Of a DNA stretch of 59,139 bases, positions 42,405 through 51,515 are shown one piece after another. Each line of letters begins with the position of its first letter. Position 1 is the first letter of the stretch. Origin of the DNA: a virus; IMG/VR virus record IMGVR_UViG_3300043580_000025; one strand, given 5' to 3'. The position numbers and the translations under genes are program-made. The notes below the pieces were generated by a model that saw only the letters and a list, made by a program, of their open reading frames with translations, ran no database searches and had not been told where the DNA came from.

Positions 42405-42473
42405 CCGATAAACACCGCAAATGCGCGGCCCAGGCGTGGAGGACGCCGCCAGCTTCAGCCCAGCAATGCCGCC

Positions 42474-42597
42474 AAAAGCAAAAAAGCAAAACTTCAAATC
42501 TTCTAACCTTTCCGAGTTTGGCGGTACGAAGGCATGTAAAGCATTACATGCCCCCCTATAGCGACATCGAGAGATCTTAGAAGATTTGAAGTTTTGC
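42474..42597 (-). terminator. large intrinsic terminator: 112-bp concentric palindrome plus U-tract (minus strand)
   Basis: 21-bp perfect arms 42486..42506 / 42577..42597, inner 9-bp hairpin 42531..42552 on the same axis; minus strand continues TTTTTTGCTTTT. Confidence 0.65.
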
Positions 42598-42631
42598 CCC
42601 CCCTCGGTGTGCCGTTTTGATTCCTTGGACC

Positions 42632-44428
42632 TCACATTTCAGCGCCTTGATCTAGTTCAGCGCCGCTGCCGCTGCCGTTCGCCTCGCGGTATAGCTGCAC
42701 GCCTCGCGGTGATAGCCGGACCCATCGCAGATTTGGTCCTGTCTTGCCGTGCGCCACTTTCATCGGTGGCATTTTGTATTCGACTGGCGGTTCGACTTCA
42801 TCATCGATCCACACGCGCTCTCTTTCTTTGCAATAAACAAGAAGGTACTTTTTCTTTCTTGGCATCTTGATGCCTTCAGCGTCGCACCATCGCCTGTACA
42901 TAGCAAAGAGTGCAGTTGCGCTAACCTCGCGCCGTTGAAACCCTTCTTTTAACGCTGCCCACTTCGCGCGCTTTTCTTCTGATCCACCTGAACCTGCGAG
43001 TAGGTCTAGCTCGCTCGTTTCTGCAAGCCCGATATATTCTGTCGCCTCTTGAATGAACGCACCGAATTCATCCATCTCTTGTCGGTGTGCAGCAATTTGT
43101 CGTTTGATGCTGTCTGGCACCTTAATTCCATAGGCGAGATATTTAGGAACGGCGCTAACCATCCAGCGCAGCAGCACGGAGCGTCCCTCTGGTGTTTTGC
43201 ATTTCTCCAGTAGCAGTTGATCCCACAGATATTTCGCCGTCCCTGCTTCGACTTCTTCTTCAGGTCCGAATCGTGCTGGCGTCGCGGTCAGATATACGCG
43301 TGCCCATACCGCATCATCCTCGGCCACGATAATTGGTTTGTAGTTTGTCGCGAGCGTGATCTTATGCGTGCTCTGAGTCGTTTTATAGTTCTGATGCGAA
43401 GAGCGTGCGTTGATCGTATCGTCGCCAGTGATTGACTTGATGACCTCTGGTCTTAGATCAGAATGCTCGCGCGTCTCGGACCCATGTGCGAAGCGTATGC
43501 CATCCAACCCGGCCAGCGCAAACTGATCGTTATTGTCGGTGTTCCTTTTCGATTCCAAGAAGCCAAGCGGGAGTTTATAGGCGTAGGAGCCAAGGCAAGT
43601 AGCGACCGAATCAATGAGCAAGCTCTTGCCGTTGCGTGTTTTGCCAAACAGGATCATGAGTGCGTGATCCCTGCGCAAGCCGGTGCAGCAATAGCCGAAC
43701 CATTTATGTGCGAACTCGTATATCTGATCGTCGCCGTCGAATATCTTTCGGACGGCGTCTTCGAACCATTTGTAATCGATGTCTGGGTCATAGACCGTGC
43801 GTGTGCTTCGCGTCAAATAATCCGAAGGCTTCCACCATGACAACTCGCCGGTGCGAAGGTCGAGCAATCCGTTCGCACAATTCAGCTTTAGGCGATCTGG
43901 ATTCATGGTGACGCGTCTTGTCATGTGCAGCGTCTTCAAATGGTTATAGGCCATCGTAGAGATTGCGGCTATCGTATTAGCGCGGCTCCAGCGGATCACC
44001 AGCTTCCTCAATTGATCAAGCTCGCGCGTCAGGCGGTCCCGATCTTCCGGTGTTGCCAAGTTAAGCGCAGCCTGCGTAGCAGCATATCCTTCGCGGATAA
44101 CATCTTTCCACATCGTCCCCATCCACGCGTTAATTGCTTCGCGCACGCCATCGGTCGTCCACATTCCAGTTTCTTCGCGATAGATGGAAAGCTCGCTCTT
44201 ACCTGAATCCTGACTCGAGTCATCCATGCAAAACAGGTGTCCGTACTTGCTGATGAATGCGTGTTTAAGATCGACGTCTAGGATGCCCAGGCCGTCTGCT
44301 GTCGCGTGATCTTCTAAGTTAGGAGTTGCGACCTTGAAGCGAATAGTTTTTGGTTTTAACCTTTCTCGTCTCTCCCTTTCTAGTCTTTCTGGATCGTTCA
44401 TTCGCTCGTCGAACTCTTCGGGATTCAT
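42632..44428 (-). CDS. SF3 helicase (D5 / P4-primase C-terminal type)
   Basis: Walker A FGKTRNGKS, LATNYKP region; ATGA coupling to the primase gene. Confidence 0.85.
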   Translation of the reverse strand: MNPEEFDERMNDPERLERERRERLKPKTIRFKVATPNLEDHATADGLGILDVDLKHAFISKYGHLFCMDDSSQDSGKSELSIYREETGMWTTDGVREAINAWMGTMWKDVIREGYAATQAALNLATPEDRDRLTRELDQLRKLVIRWSRANTIAAISTMAYNHLKTLHMTRRVTMNPDRLKLNCANGLLDLRTGELSWWKPSDYLTRSTRTVYDPDIDYKWFEDAVRKIFDGDDQIYEFAHKWFGYCCTGLRRDHALMILFGKTRNGKSLLIDSVATCLGSYAYKLPLGFLESKRNTDNNDQFALAGLDGIRFAHGSETREHSDLRPEVIKSITGDDTINARSSHQNYKTTQSTHKITLATNYKPIIVAEDDAVWARVYLTATPARFGPEEEVEAGTAKYLWDQLLLEKCKTPEGRSVLLRWMVSAVPKYLAYGIKVPDSIKRQIAAHRQEMDEFGAFIQEATEYIGLAETSELDLLAGSGGSEEKRAKWAALKEGFQRREVSATALFAMYRRWCDAEGIKMPRKKKYLLVYCKERERVWIDDEVEPPVEYKMPPMKVAHGKTGPNLRWVRLSPRGVQLYREANGSGSGAELDQGAEM

Positions 44429-45393
44429 GTATTATCTCCATAGAAAGGTCCGCGCGTGCGCTGGCCCAATCGAATAACTTCATCAGCGACCCAGGACTCG
44501 AGGTCGCCCCAGTTGCGTGTCTCGCAATGGCCGTGGTGGCACTTGAAGCCGCCCATGTAGCCATTCTTTTTCATAGGGGGTGCCACGGCAGCGCCGGTGT
44601 TTGCGCGGGCGGTATGTCCATCGATCCAAGGACACGTAATATCCATCCATCCAGACCCCGTCGAATTCTTGACGCGCTTGAGCAGCTTGAGCGCTTCCTT
44701 GACGATCTCGTATCCGCGTTTGCGTTCGATGGTCACACCGTCAGTTGGCTCAGCGTAGTTCCGGTGGCGTTCGACGAGGTGGAATGTTCTGGTGAAGTCT
44801 TGCCAAGAGGTGCGGATGCTTGGATTCCATTGCCACACCCTGCAGCGCCAAGGCTTGCCGTCGACAAGCGACGTCGGCTTGCCGTTGATGCCTTCAGGCA
44901 AGCGCAGCACGCGGGTTACGCCTGCCATACCTGGATCAGCGCCGCCGCCTGTTAGCTTCTCGATGATCAGGCGAATGGCGTCTGTGACGTGGTCGACGTC
45001 AGCGCGCGGTTCGTCCAAGAAGAACGACGCCTGGAAGTTCCCAGGCGATGTCTCGATGACCAACGTTGGTTGAAGCTCGCGCGGGATATCCGCGAGCGAG
45101 ATCTTTGTACCAATGTCATCGATCATAATGCACCACGTTCGACTGAACTGCGCCTTGCGCCGTTTGAATCGACCTTCTTCTTCATGGAACGAACTGATCG
45201 CTACATAATTATTTCGGTCGTGGTGCAAAGGACAAGCAACGCCGTTATGCCACGGCACGCCGATCCATGCTTTAGGGTCAGCCTCGCTCGGATTCCCTTT
45301 TAATGAGCAGAGGATGGCTCGTTCATCTGGTCCTAAACCTTTGAAAAGTTCGGCCAGCACAATGTCGTTGGTCACGCCAACTTGGAGGGGCAC
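44425..45393 (-). CDS. primase-polymerase (RepB'-like) with Cys/His zinc motif
   Basis: VIETSPGNFQ motif, CPW..GH...CHHGHC; GTG start preceded by two CAGAAAG boxes. Confidence 0.7.
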   Translation of the reverse strand: MPLQVGVTNDIVLAELFKGLGPDERAILCSLKGNPSEADPKAWIGVPWHNGVACPLHHDRNNYVAISSFHEEEGRFKRRKAQFSRTWCIMIDDIGTKISLADIPRELQPTLVIETSPGNFQASFFLDEPRADVDHVTDAIRLIIEKLTGGGADPGMAGVTRVLRLPEGINGKPTSLVDGKPWRCRVWQWNPSIRTSWQDFTRTFHLVERHRNYAEPTDGVTIERKRGYEIVKEALKLLKRVKNSTGSGWMDITCPWIDGHTARANTGAAVAPPMKKNGYMGGFKCHHGHCETRNWGDLESWVADEVIRLGQRTRGPFYGDNT

Positions 45394-45446
45394 TTTCTGG
45401 ACCTTTCTGGTGTTGCTGCTGGGCTAGCCCGTAGGCTTGGCCCTAC

Positions 45447-45474
45447 ATTCTACTCGATTTTCCTGGGATGGCAA
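45447..45474 (-). promoter_or_regulatory. leftward early promoter (primase/helicase operon)
   Basis: Minus strand TTGCCA-N16-TAGAAT. Confidence 0.55.
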
Positions 45475-45497
45475 GTGGTGCTGAACCATTGGGGTTA

Positions 45498-45525
45498 TTG
45501 ACACAGCGGCAAATTATGCTACAGT
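45498..45525 (+). promoter_or_regulatory. rightward early promoter
   Basis: TTGACA-N16-(TGc)TACAGT; 30 nt to ATG 45556. Confidence 0.6.
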
Positions 45526-45555
45526 CCGGCCACCCGCAAACCAGAAAGGTCAGAA

Positions 45556-45810
45556 ATGGAATTGAACTGCTTATTCGAAAACGCCCGCTACATCGTCTGC
45601 CAGATCAAAGGCAGTGGTGCGCTCCATAGCGAAGGCATCGAAGTCGTCAGCAAAGAGAATCACTGCGCCGCGTACCTTACCGGCAGCATGAGAAAAGTCT
45701 TCATGCGTCAGATGAAAAGCTGGCGCGCACAAACCCCGAACGAAGATGAAGTCGAAGCGCGCCTCGACGAGTTTCTCGTGCTCAACACGAACCCCCTTGT
45801 CCTGCACTAG
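45556..45810 (+). CDS. hypothetical protein (84 aa)
   Basis: ATG after CAGAAAGG. Confidence 0.7.
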   Translation: MELNCLFENARYIVCQIKGSGALHSEGIEVVSKENHCAAYLTGSMRKVFMRQMKSWRAQTPNEDEVEARLDEFLVLNTNPLVLH

Positions 45811-45831
45811 CGGACAAACAGAAAGCCAGAA

Positions 45832-46383
45832 ATGAACGCCCAAACCCCACCAAGCTCGTGGCCGAACAAATGGCCGCACCCGACCACCAAGCCCTACACC
45901 GCAGAAGTGCAACTCATCCACATTCCCCCAGGCACCAGATTCGGCAAGCTAACCGTTATCAAACGAGGAGAAAACATTGGCAAGAACCGCAGCCTCTTAG
46001 TCGAGTGCGATTGCGGCACCTTCAAGACCGTCCAAGCGCGGTACCTGCGAAGCGGCACAACGACGTCTTGCGGCTGCGCGCGAACCAACACCGCCAATAG
46101 CGGCATCAAGAGCAGCCATCCGTTGTACCAGATATGGAAGAACATGCACGGCCGTTGCTATAACAGGAAGCACGGTGGCTATAGCGGCTGCGGTGGCCTG
46201 GGCATCAAGGTCTGCGAGCGCTGGCACAACTTTGCGGTGTTTATCTCGGACATGGGCGAGCGTCCACCGAAGACGCAACTCGTGCGAGTGAAACCGATGC
46301 AAGACTATACGCCAGAGAATACACGCTGGCTGACTCCAATGAAGAAACGCGCGGTGCAAATTGAACACGCCACTGCCGCATAA
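45832..46383 (+). CDS. Cys4 zinc-ribbon plus AP2-like DNA-binding protein (homing-endonuclease-associated type)
   Basis: FGKLTVI...CDCG...L.SG.T.SCGC then YQIWKNMHGRC..GIKVCERW pattern; ATG 6 nt after CAGAAAGC. Confidence 0.6.
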   Translation: MNAQTPPSSWPNKWPHPTTKPYTAEVQLIHIPPGTRFGKLTVIKRGENIGKNRSLLVECDCGTFKTVQARYLRSGTTTSCGCARTNTANSGIKSSHPLYQIWKNMHGRCYNRKHGGYSGCGGLGIKVCERWHNFAVFISDMGERPPKTQLVRVKPMQDYTPENTRWLTPMKKRAVQIEHATAA

Positions 46384-47929
46384 TTTCAAGTACAAGACCG
46401 CGCCACGCGGCAAGCAGCGCGAGGTCATCGACGCGACCTGGGACCAGCCGATGCACGCCTTTTTGTGTCGGCCCGGTACCGGGAAGACAAAACTCGGCCT
46501 GGACACGGCCGCAGCCAATTTCCTCGTTGGGCGGATCGACGCGCTGCTGGTTATTTGTCCTGAAGGCGTCGACCGACAATGGATTGAGGAAGGCGTCCCC
46601 AAGCATTGCGCGGTGCCGACCATTTGCGGCAACTATTACTCGTCCATTGGGAAAACCGCTTTTACGAAGCTGGAGCGAATGGTGCTGGCAACACCGCCCA
46701 ATGACACGCTCTTCATTCTCACCATGAGCTTCGACGCCTTGCAGACGACGCGCGGCAAGAGACTCGTGCAATTGCTGCAAACGGTCAAACGCTACATGTG
46801 CAACGTCGACGAAAGTCATCGCGTGAGCAATCCGAAGTCGGACGTATACAAAGCGGTGAAACCTGTTATGCGCATGGCCCGCGTCCGGCGCATCGGGACC
46901 GGCACGCTGATCCGGCAAAATCCGTTCAGCGCATGGGGTCAGTTTGAGCTAATGAGCGACGCGATGCTAGGCTACTCGAGCTTGGCGGCGTTCAAGAGCA
47001 CCTACGCCATGATGCTCGCACCGAGCAGCCCGTTGGTGCAGCACATCACAAAAGACCTCAAGGCCAAGGGGCGGCTGCGGCATGACCGCCAAGGCAACCC
47101 GATCTATCCCGCGATCATTGCCAAGGATGAAGAGGACCGGCCGATATACAAAAACCTGGGCGACCTGCGCAAGCGCATCGAGAAGGTCTCGTCCTTCTTG
47201 ACGCTGGAGGATGTCAATGGCACGGAGCCAAACATCAATCAAGACCCACGCTACGTCACGCTGGAGCCGCATCAGCAGGCAAGCTATGACGAGCTTATAA
47301 AGTGGGGCGTGACGCAAGCCCCAGGTGGCCAGCTAACCGCCGAGGGGGCGCTGGCGCTGGCGATCCGGCTGGCGCAGGTTGTGGGGGGCTTTGCCCCGAG
47401 CGATGATGACCCACAGGCGCAGCCCATCACGCCAGCGGGCAAGAATCCGAAGGTGCAAGAGCTGCTCCAGATCGCCCAGGATTGCGAGGGCGAGAAGCTC
47501 GTTATCTGGTGTCGCTTCTCTGCGGAGATCGATATTGTGGTCGACACGCTCGCAGAGGAATATGGGGCGGCTGCTGTGACCCAATATCACGGCCGCATGA
47601 CGGGAAGAGAGAAGGACGCAAGTAAGAAACGCTTCATCGCTGACCCGGCGTGTCGGTTCTTTGTCGGTCAGCAGAAGTCAGGCGGCACCGGCCTGGATGG
47701 TTTGCAAGGCGTGGCGAGCTACATGGTTTTTTACAGCAACGATTATTCTGCGCTCGAACGTTTGCAAGCCATCAGCCGCCTCGCGCGCACGGACGGTGCA
47801 AATACGGTGCAGGTCTACGACCTGATGGCGCAGCACACCATAGACGAGGACATCGTGCGTTGCTTGCAAGCCGCACGGGACGTCAGCGAGGTTGTCCTAC
47901 AGGCAGCAATTGCCCATGTTTGGACATAG
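46361..47929 (+). CDS. SNF2/DEAD-like helicase
   Basis: GTGKT Walker A, DESH motif II, C-terminal helicase motifs (GGTGLD); TTG start overlapping the upstream gene. Confidence 0.85.
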   Translation: MNTPLPHNFKYKTAPRGKQREVIDATWDQPMHAFLCRPGTGKTKLGLDTAAANFLVGRIDALLVICPEGVDRQWIEEGVPKHCAVPTICGNYYSSIGKTAFTKLERMVLATPPNDTLFILTMSFDALQTTRGKRLVQLLQTVKRYMCNVDESHRVSNPKSDVYKAVKPVMRMARVRRIGTGTLIRQNPFSAWGQFELMSDAMLGYSSLAAFKSTYAMMLAPSSPLVQHITKDLKAKGRLRHDRQGNPIYPAIIAKDEEDRPIYKNLGDLRKRIEKVSSFLTLEDVNGTEPNINQDPRYVTLEPHQQASYDELIKWGVTQAPGGQLTAEGALALAIRLAQVVGGFAPSDDDPQAQPITPAGKNPKVQELLQIAQDCEGEKLVIWCRFSAEIDIVVDTLAEEYGAAAVTQYHGRMTGREKDASKKRFIADPACRFFVGQQKSGGTGLDGLQGVASYMVFYSNDYSALERLQAISRLARTDGANTVQVYDLMAQHTIDEDIVRCLQAARDVSEVVLQAAIAHVWT

Positions 47930-47984
47930 CGTCCGATTATCCTCTACAATACTCAATCTTTCACCCCTAGAAAGGGAGCCAATC

Positions 47985-48350
47985 ATGAAACCCGGCCGCG
48001 TTTTTATTACCCAGAATCCCATGCGTCGCAACGTCTACAACGAGCTTGTATATAAGTACGACCTCACGGCTGCGCGCGAGTTTGGCACGCTTGATGTGCT
48101 CCTGCCATCAGGCCCGGTGTTAATCTCGCCCCAGCTTTCCGTCGCGCAGATGCGCGCGAAGCTGCGCGACTTCAAACCGAACGACTGGCTGCTTTGCCTG
48201 GGCGACCCGGTGGTCATCGCAGCGGCAAGCGCCATCATTGCCGAGGTGAATGGCGGCATCGTTCCGGTGCTAGTGTGGGACCGGCAGGTCAAGAAATACT
48301 TGTCGATAGTCATCGACATTCATCCCGCGACGGCCGAAGCCGTGGCATAA
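47985..48350 (+). CDS. hypothetical protein (121 aa)
   Basis: ATG 47985 after TAGAAAGGGAG. Confidence 0.7.
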   Translation: MKPGRVFITQNPMRRNVYNELVYKYDLTAAREFGTLDVLLPSGPVLISPQLSVAQMRAKLRDFKPNDWLLCLGDPVVIAAASAIIAEVNGGIVPVLVWDRQVKKYLSIVIDIHPATAEAVA

Positions 48351-48375
48351 TCACCCCACTTAGAAAGGACGAAAG

Positions 48376-48657
48376 ATGCTGATCAAAATACAAAGCGTGC
48401 TCACGAATGTATGGCACACCGAAGACCTGCCAGTGACCCAGGAGGAACTCGACTCTTGGAAAAACGGCAGGCTCGTGCAGGAAGTATTTCCGCACCTCAC
48501 TCCCGACCAACGGCAGTTCCTCATCTCCGGCGTGACTGCAGAGGAATGGGAGAAAGCGTTTGGCGACGAGGACAATATCGACCCGCGCGATCTTGTCAAG
48601 ATCGCGATGACGGCTGGCAAGACCGTCATTGTCATCGACCAGAGGTCGCCGGAATGA
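48376..48657 (+). CDS. hypothetical protein (93 aa)
   Basis: ATG after TAGAAAGG; TGgCATAAT at 48343..48351. Confidence 0.65.
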   Translation: MLIKIQSVLTNVWHTEDLPVTQEELDSWKNGRLVQEVFPHLTPDQRQFLISGVTAEEWEKAFGDEDNIDPRDLVKIAMTAGKTVIVIDQRSPE

Positions 48658-48878
48658 CGCTCGCAGAAGAACGTCAGCGCCTCGATCTCGACGTGCGCAT
48701 CATGGAGAAAAAGGGTTTCGCCGCAGCGCTCTTTGGCGTGATGTCGCACGCCACCATAAGCGGTTCGCGCCAGCACGGCAAAGCCCTGTACGACATTCTG
48801 CAAGCGGTCTATCGGGACATCGAATTGCTCGAGACGCAGAAGGCCATCAACGCTCAACAGGAGGCACGCTATTCATGA
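48654..48878 (+). CDS. hypothetical protein (74 aa)
   Basis: ATGA overlap. Confidence 0.55.
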   Translation: MTLAEERQRLDLDVRIMEKKGFAAALFGVMSHATISGSRQHGKALYDILQAVYRDIELLETQKAINAQQEARYS

Positions 48879-49078
48879 CCGCCGTCGCATATCTACGCCC
48901 AGACAACACCGAGAACAATTGCACGGTCTCAGGTGACCCAGAAGGAAAGGTCGGCCGCGCCCACGCCTGGATGTGGGAAAGCGCCGAGAGCAACTATCGC
49001 ATCTGCACCACGTGCGGTCGACGCGAGTTCAATAGCCGCAGCAAACAGGAGCCGCAAGATGATCCACGGCCCGATTAA
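48875..49078 (+). CDS. hypothetical protein (67 aa) with CxxC
   Basis: ATGA overlap. Confidence 0.55.
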   Translation: MTAVAYLRPDNTENNCTVSGDPEGKVGRAHAWMWESAESNYRICTTCGRREFNSRSKQEPQDDPRPD

Positions 49079-49283
49079 ACAGGATCGAGATTATATCGAG
49101 CTTGTCACCGGCATGACATTCACGGTGCTTGCCGCGAACACCGATGGCACGCTCAACACCGAGACGGTGCTGGAGGTGCTGGGCACGGAAGTGCCGTGCG
49201 TTGTGTACTATAATCCGCACCATATTACGAAGACAATCGTGTGTGCAGAGACTGCATTTAGAGAAAGGTTCGAAGAGAAATGA
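49059..49283 (+). CDS. hypothetical protein (74 aa)
   Basis: AGGAG 8 nt upstream of ATG 49059. Confidence 0.6.
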   Translation: MIHGPIKQDRDYIELVTGMTFTVLAANTDGTLNTETVLEVLGTEVPCVVYYNPHHITKTIVCAETAFRERFEEK

Positions 49284-49885
49284 ACGACGACAACATACCC
49301 AACTTCAGCGACTTCACGGACGGCGCAGCCCCAGACTTCAGCGGTGTCGAAGCCGAGCCGCCGCGCGAGGACCACTTGCAGATGCTTGGCTCAATGGCTG
49401 CGAAGCTGCGCGAGAAGATCAACGCCGTCGCAGACGCCCAGGCCAAGCTCGACCTCCTGACCGCCGACCTGAACCGGTACCAGCTTGGCGTCTTGCCTGA
49501 AGCGATGGAGCTAGCCGGTGTTGCGGACTACACGCTGACCGATGGCACGCGGCTTCTCATGCGACCGGACGTCAAGGCCAGCATCAGCATCGACAACCGC
49601 CCGTTCGCACACGGCTGGTTGCGCGAGAATGGCCACGGCGGCGTCGTGAAAGAATCTTTTCTGGTAGACTTGCGCACGTTGACCCCAGCGCAGCGCACGC
49701 AGCTTTATCACTCCATCATGGCTACGTACGAAGTGATGCCCGAGGTTCAAGAGTCAGTGCACGCAGCGACGCTGAAGTCGCTGGTAAAGGAATTGCTGGA
49801 GAAAGGCACCGCCCTGCCGCCTTCCATCAGCGTGTTTCAGTTCAAAAAGGCAGAGTTAAAAGAGATCAAGAAAGCGACGAAATGA
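49280..49885 (+). CDS. hypothetical protein (201 aa), recombination-module position
   Basis: ATGA overlaps on both sides; coiled-coil N-terminus; function not recognised. Confidence 0.7.
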   Translation: MNDDNIPNFSDFTDGAAPDFSGVEAEPPREDHLQMLGSMAAKLREKINAVADAQAKLDLLTADLNRYQLGVLPEAMELAGVADYTLTDGTRLLMRPDVKASISIDNRPFAHGWLRENGHGGVVKESFLVDLRTLTPAQRTQLYHSIMATYEVMPEVQESVHAATLKSLVKELLEKGTALPPSISVFQFKKAELKEIKKATK

Positions 49886-50742
49886 CCGACCAAACAACCG
49901 CACCGACAACACCGGCGCAATCCCAGGACGCACCCGAGGCATCAGCCAACGCAGTCGTCCCCAAACCGAACGGCGCTATGACCGAGACTGCAGGCGACGA
50001 CTTCAGCGGCTTCGCTGGCGAAGGCTTCCAAGGTGCGACGAAGGACGACCTCGCGATTCCTTTCCTGTCCATCTTGCAATCGAATAGCCCCCAGGTGAAG
50101 CGCAGCGAGGGCGAATATATCGAAGGCGCGTTCGAAGGCATGTTGTACAACAGCGTGACGCGCGAAGTGCTGGACCCGGTGAAGGACAAGATTCTGATCA
50201 TACCGTGCGTCTACGAACGGTACTTCATCGAATGGCGCGTGCGCGAGAATGGCGGTGGCTTCAAAGGCCAGCACAGCGTCGAGGACGGCGAGACGCTCTT
50301 GACGAAGTCCATGCGCGACGACAAGAACCGCGACATCCTGGAGAACGGCAACCAGCTAAACGACACGCGCACCTTCTACGTCATGGTCTACAACGAGACC
50401 GAAGGCTACGCGACGCCCGCGCTGATCACCATGACCTCGACGCAGATCAAGAAGGCGAAGCAATGGTATATGCAGCAGAATATGCTGAAGCTCAAAGGCC
50501 CGCACGGTCCCTATACGCCGCCGATGTACGCCAGCAAGTGGCGCGTTGTCACGGTCCCTGAGAGCAACGAGAAAGGTTCTTGGATGGGCTGGGCCTTCTC
50601 GCATGAAGGTTATCTCAAAGGCCCGCAAGACCCAGTGTTTGTCGAGGCCCAGAAGTTCGCCAAGAGCGTCAAGGCTGGTGTGATCAAGCCGGACTTCACC
50701 AAGGCACCGGATAATGGCGATGATTCTGAGATCCCGTTCTAG
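49882..50742 (+). CDS. ssDNA-binding protein candidate
   Basis: C-terminus ...NGDDSEIPF mimics the acidic SSB tip (DDDIPF). Confidence 0.6.
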   Translation: MTDQTTAPTTPAQSQDAPEASANAVVPKPNGAMTETAGDDFSGFAGEGFQGATKDDLAIPFLSILQSNSPQVKRSEGEYIEGAFEGMLYNSVTREVLDPVKDKILIIPCVYERYFIEWRVRENGGGFKGQHSVEDGETLLTKSMRDDKNRDILENGNQLNDTRTFYVMVYNETEGYATPALITMTSTQIKKAKQWYMQQNMLKLKGPHGPYTPPMYASKWRVVTVPESNEKGSWMGWAFSHEGYLKGPQDPVFVEAQKFAKSVKAGVIKPDFTKAPDNGDDSEIPF

Positions 50743-50744
50743 TC

Positions 50745-51182
50745 ATGCCCACTAAGCCTTGCATCAAATGCCTAAAAGAAAAGCCTCTCGAGGCTTTTTA
50801 TCGGCACGCCATGATGGCCGATGGGCATTTGAACAAGTGTAAAGAATGTGTGCGTGCATACGTTACCCAATATCGCCAAGAGAACAGCGAGAAGGTTCGA
50901 GCCTATGATCTTGAGCGATCTAAGTTGCCGTATCGAGTTGCGATGATGAAGCAGATAGTTGCCGATTACAAAGTAGATTATCCGAAGCGGGTCAAGGCGA
51001 CGAATGCGGTGCAGCATGCGCTAAGGGATGGCCGATTGTCGAGACAACCGTGCTGGGTCTGCGGCGAGAAAGCCGTCGCTCATCATGCAGACTATGACCG
51101 GCCGCTTGACGTTGTATGGCTTTGTCAGGCGCATCACAAACAAACGCACGCACTAATAAACAGCCCGGCGACAGGGGCTTAG
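50745..51182 (+). CDS. HNH endonuclease-like protein
   Basis: CxxC...CxxC and HHADYDRPLDVVWLCQAHH. Confidence 0.7.
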   Translation: MPTKPCIKCLKEKPLEAFYRHAMMADGHLNKCKECVRAYVTQYRQENSEKVRAYDLERSKLPYRVAMMKQIVADYKVDYPKRVKATNAVQHALRDGRLSRQPCWVCGEKAVAHHADYDRPLDVVWLCQAHHKQTHALINSPATGA

Positions 51183-51317
51183 CTCGCGAGGTGGTTGATG
51201 GAACTCCGGCCGCATGAGCACTGAAGACTAATCTGCCACACGCCCTGCGATCTACAAACAGAGTGGCTTGAGCCTGGGTATGCCGAGAAAACTGCCCACC
51301 TCCAACAGAAAGGAATT

Positions 51318-51515
51318 ATGGCCCGCATCATTCACACCGACAATTTCGCAGGCGATTATCCCGACGAGAAATTCGTCGAAGGCTTGCCCAGGCTGACCGC
51401 ACAAAGCGCAAAGACAATTTGCGACGCCATCAATAGCACGCAGCCCGATAACGCGCCGCGTTTTTACGTCGTCGTTGAAGACGACTACAAACTTCTACCG
51501 GGATTTGAACCATGA
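51318..51515 (+). CDS. hypothetical protein (65 aa)
   Basis: ATG after CAGAAAGG. Confidence 0.65.
   Translation: MARIIHTDNFAGDYPDEKFVEGLPRLTAQSAKTICDAINSTQPDNAPRFYVVVEDDYKLLPGFEP

Noticed and set aside
42486-42597. Structured 112-nt element as a tRNA, or as a MITE-like insertion
   Set aside because: A 21-bp perfect closing stem and a single concentric inner hairpin are incompatible with a cloverleaf. I could not identify target-site duplications. The U-tract on the minus strand makes a terminator the simplest reading, though other roles stay open (see findings).
41907-42635. 242-aa version of the terS ORF
   Set aside because: The N-terminal 101 codons run through the palindrome terminator and a candidate promoter. 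The recognisable small-terminase sequence begins at ATG 42332.
51183-51317. 135-bp intergenic gap after the HNH gene as a possible ncRNA
   Set aside because: I could find no convincing stem-loops, promoter or terminator. It is probably just the leader/promoter region for 51318.
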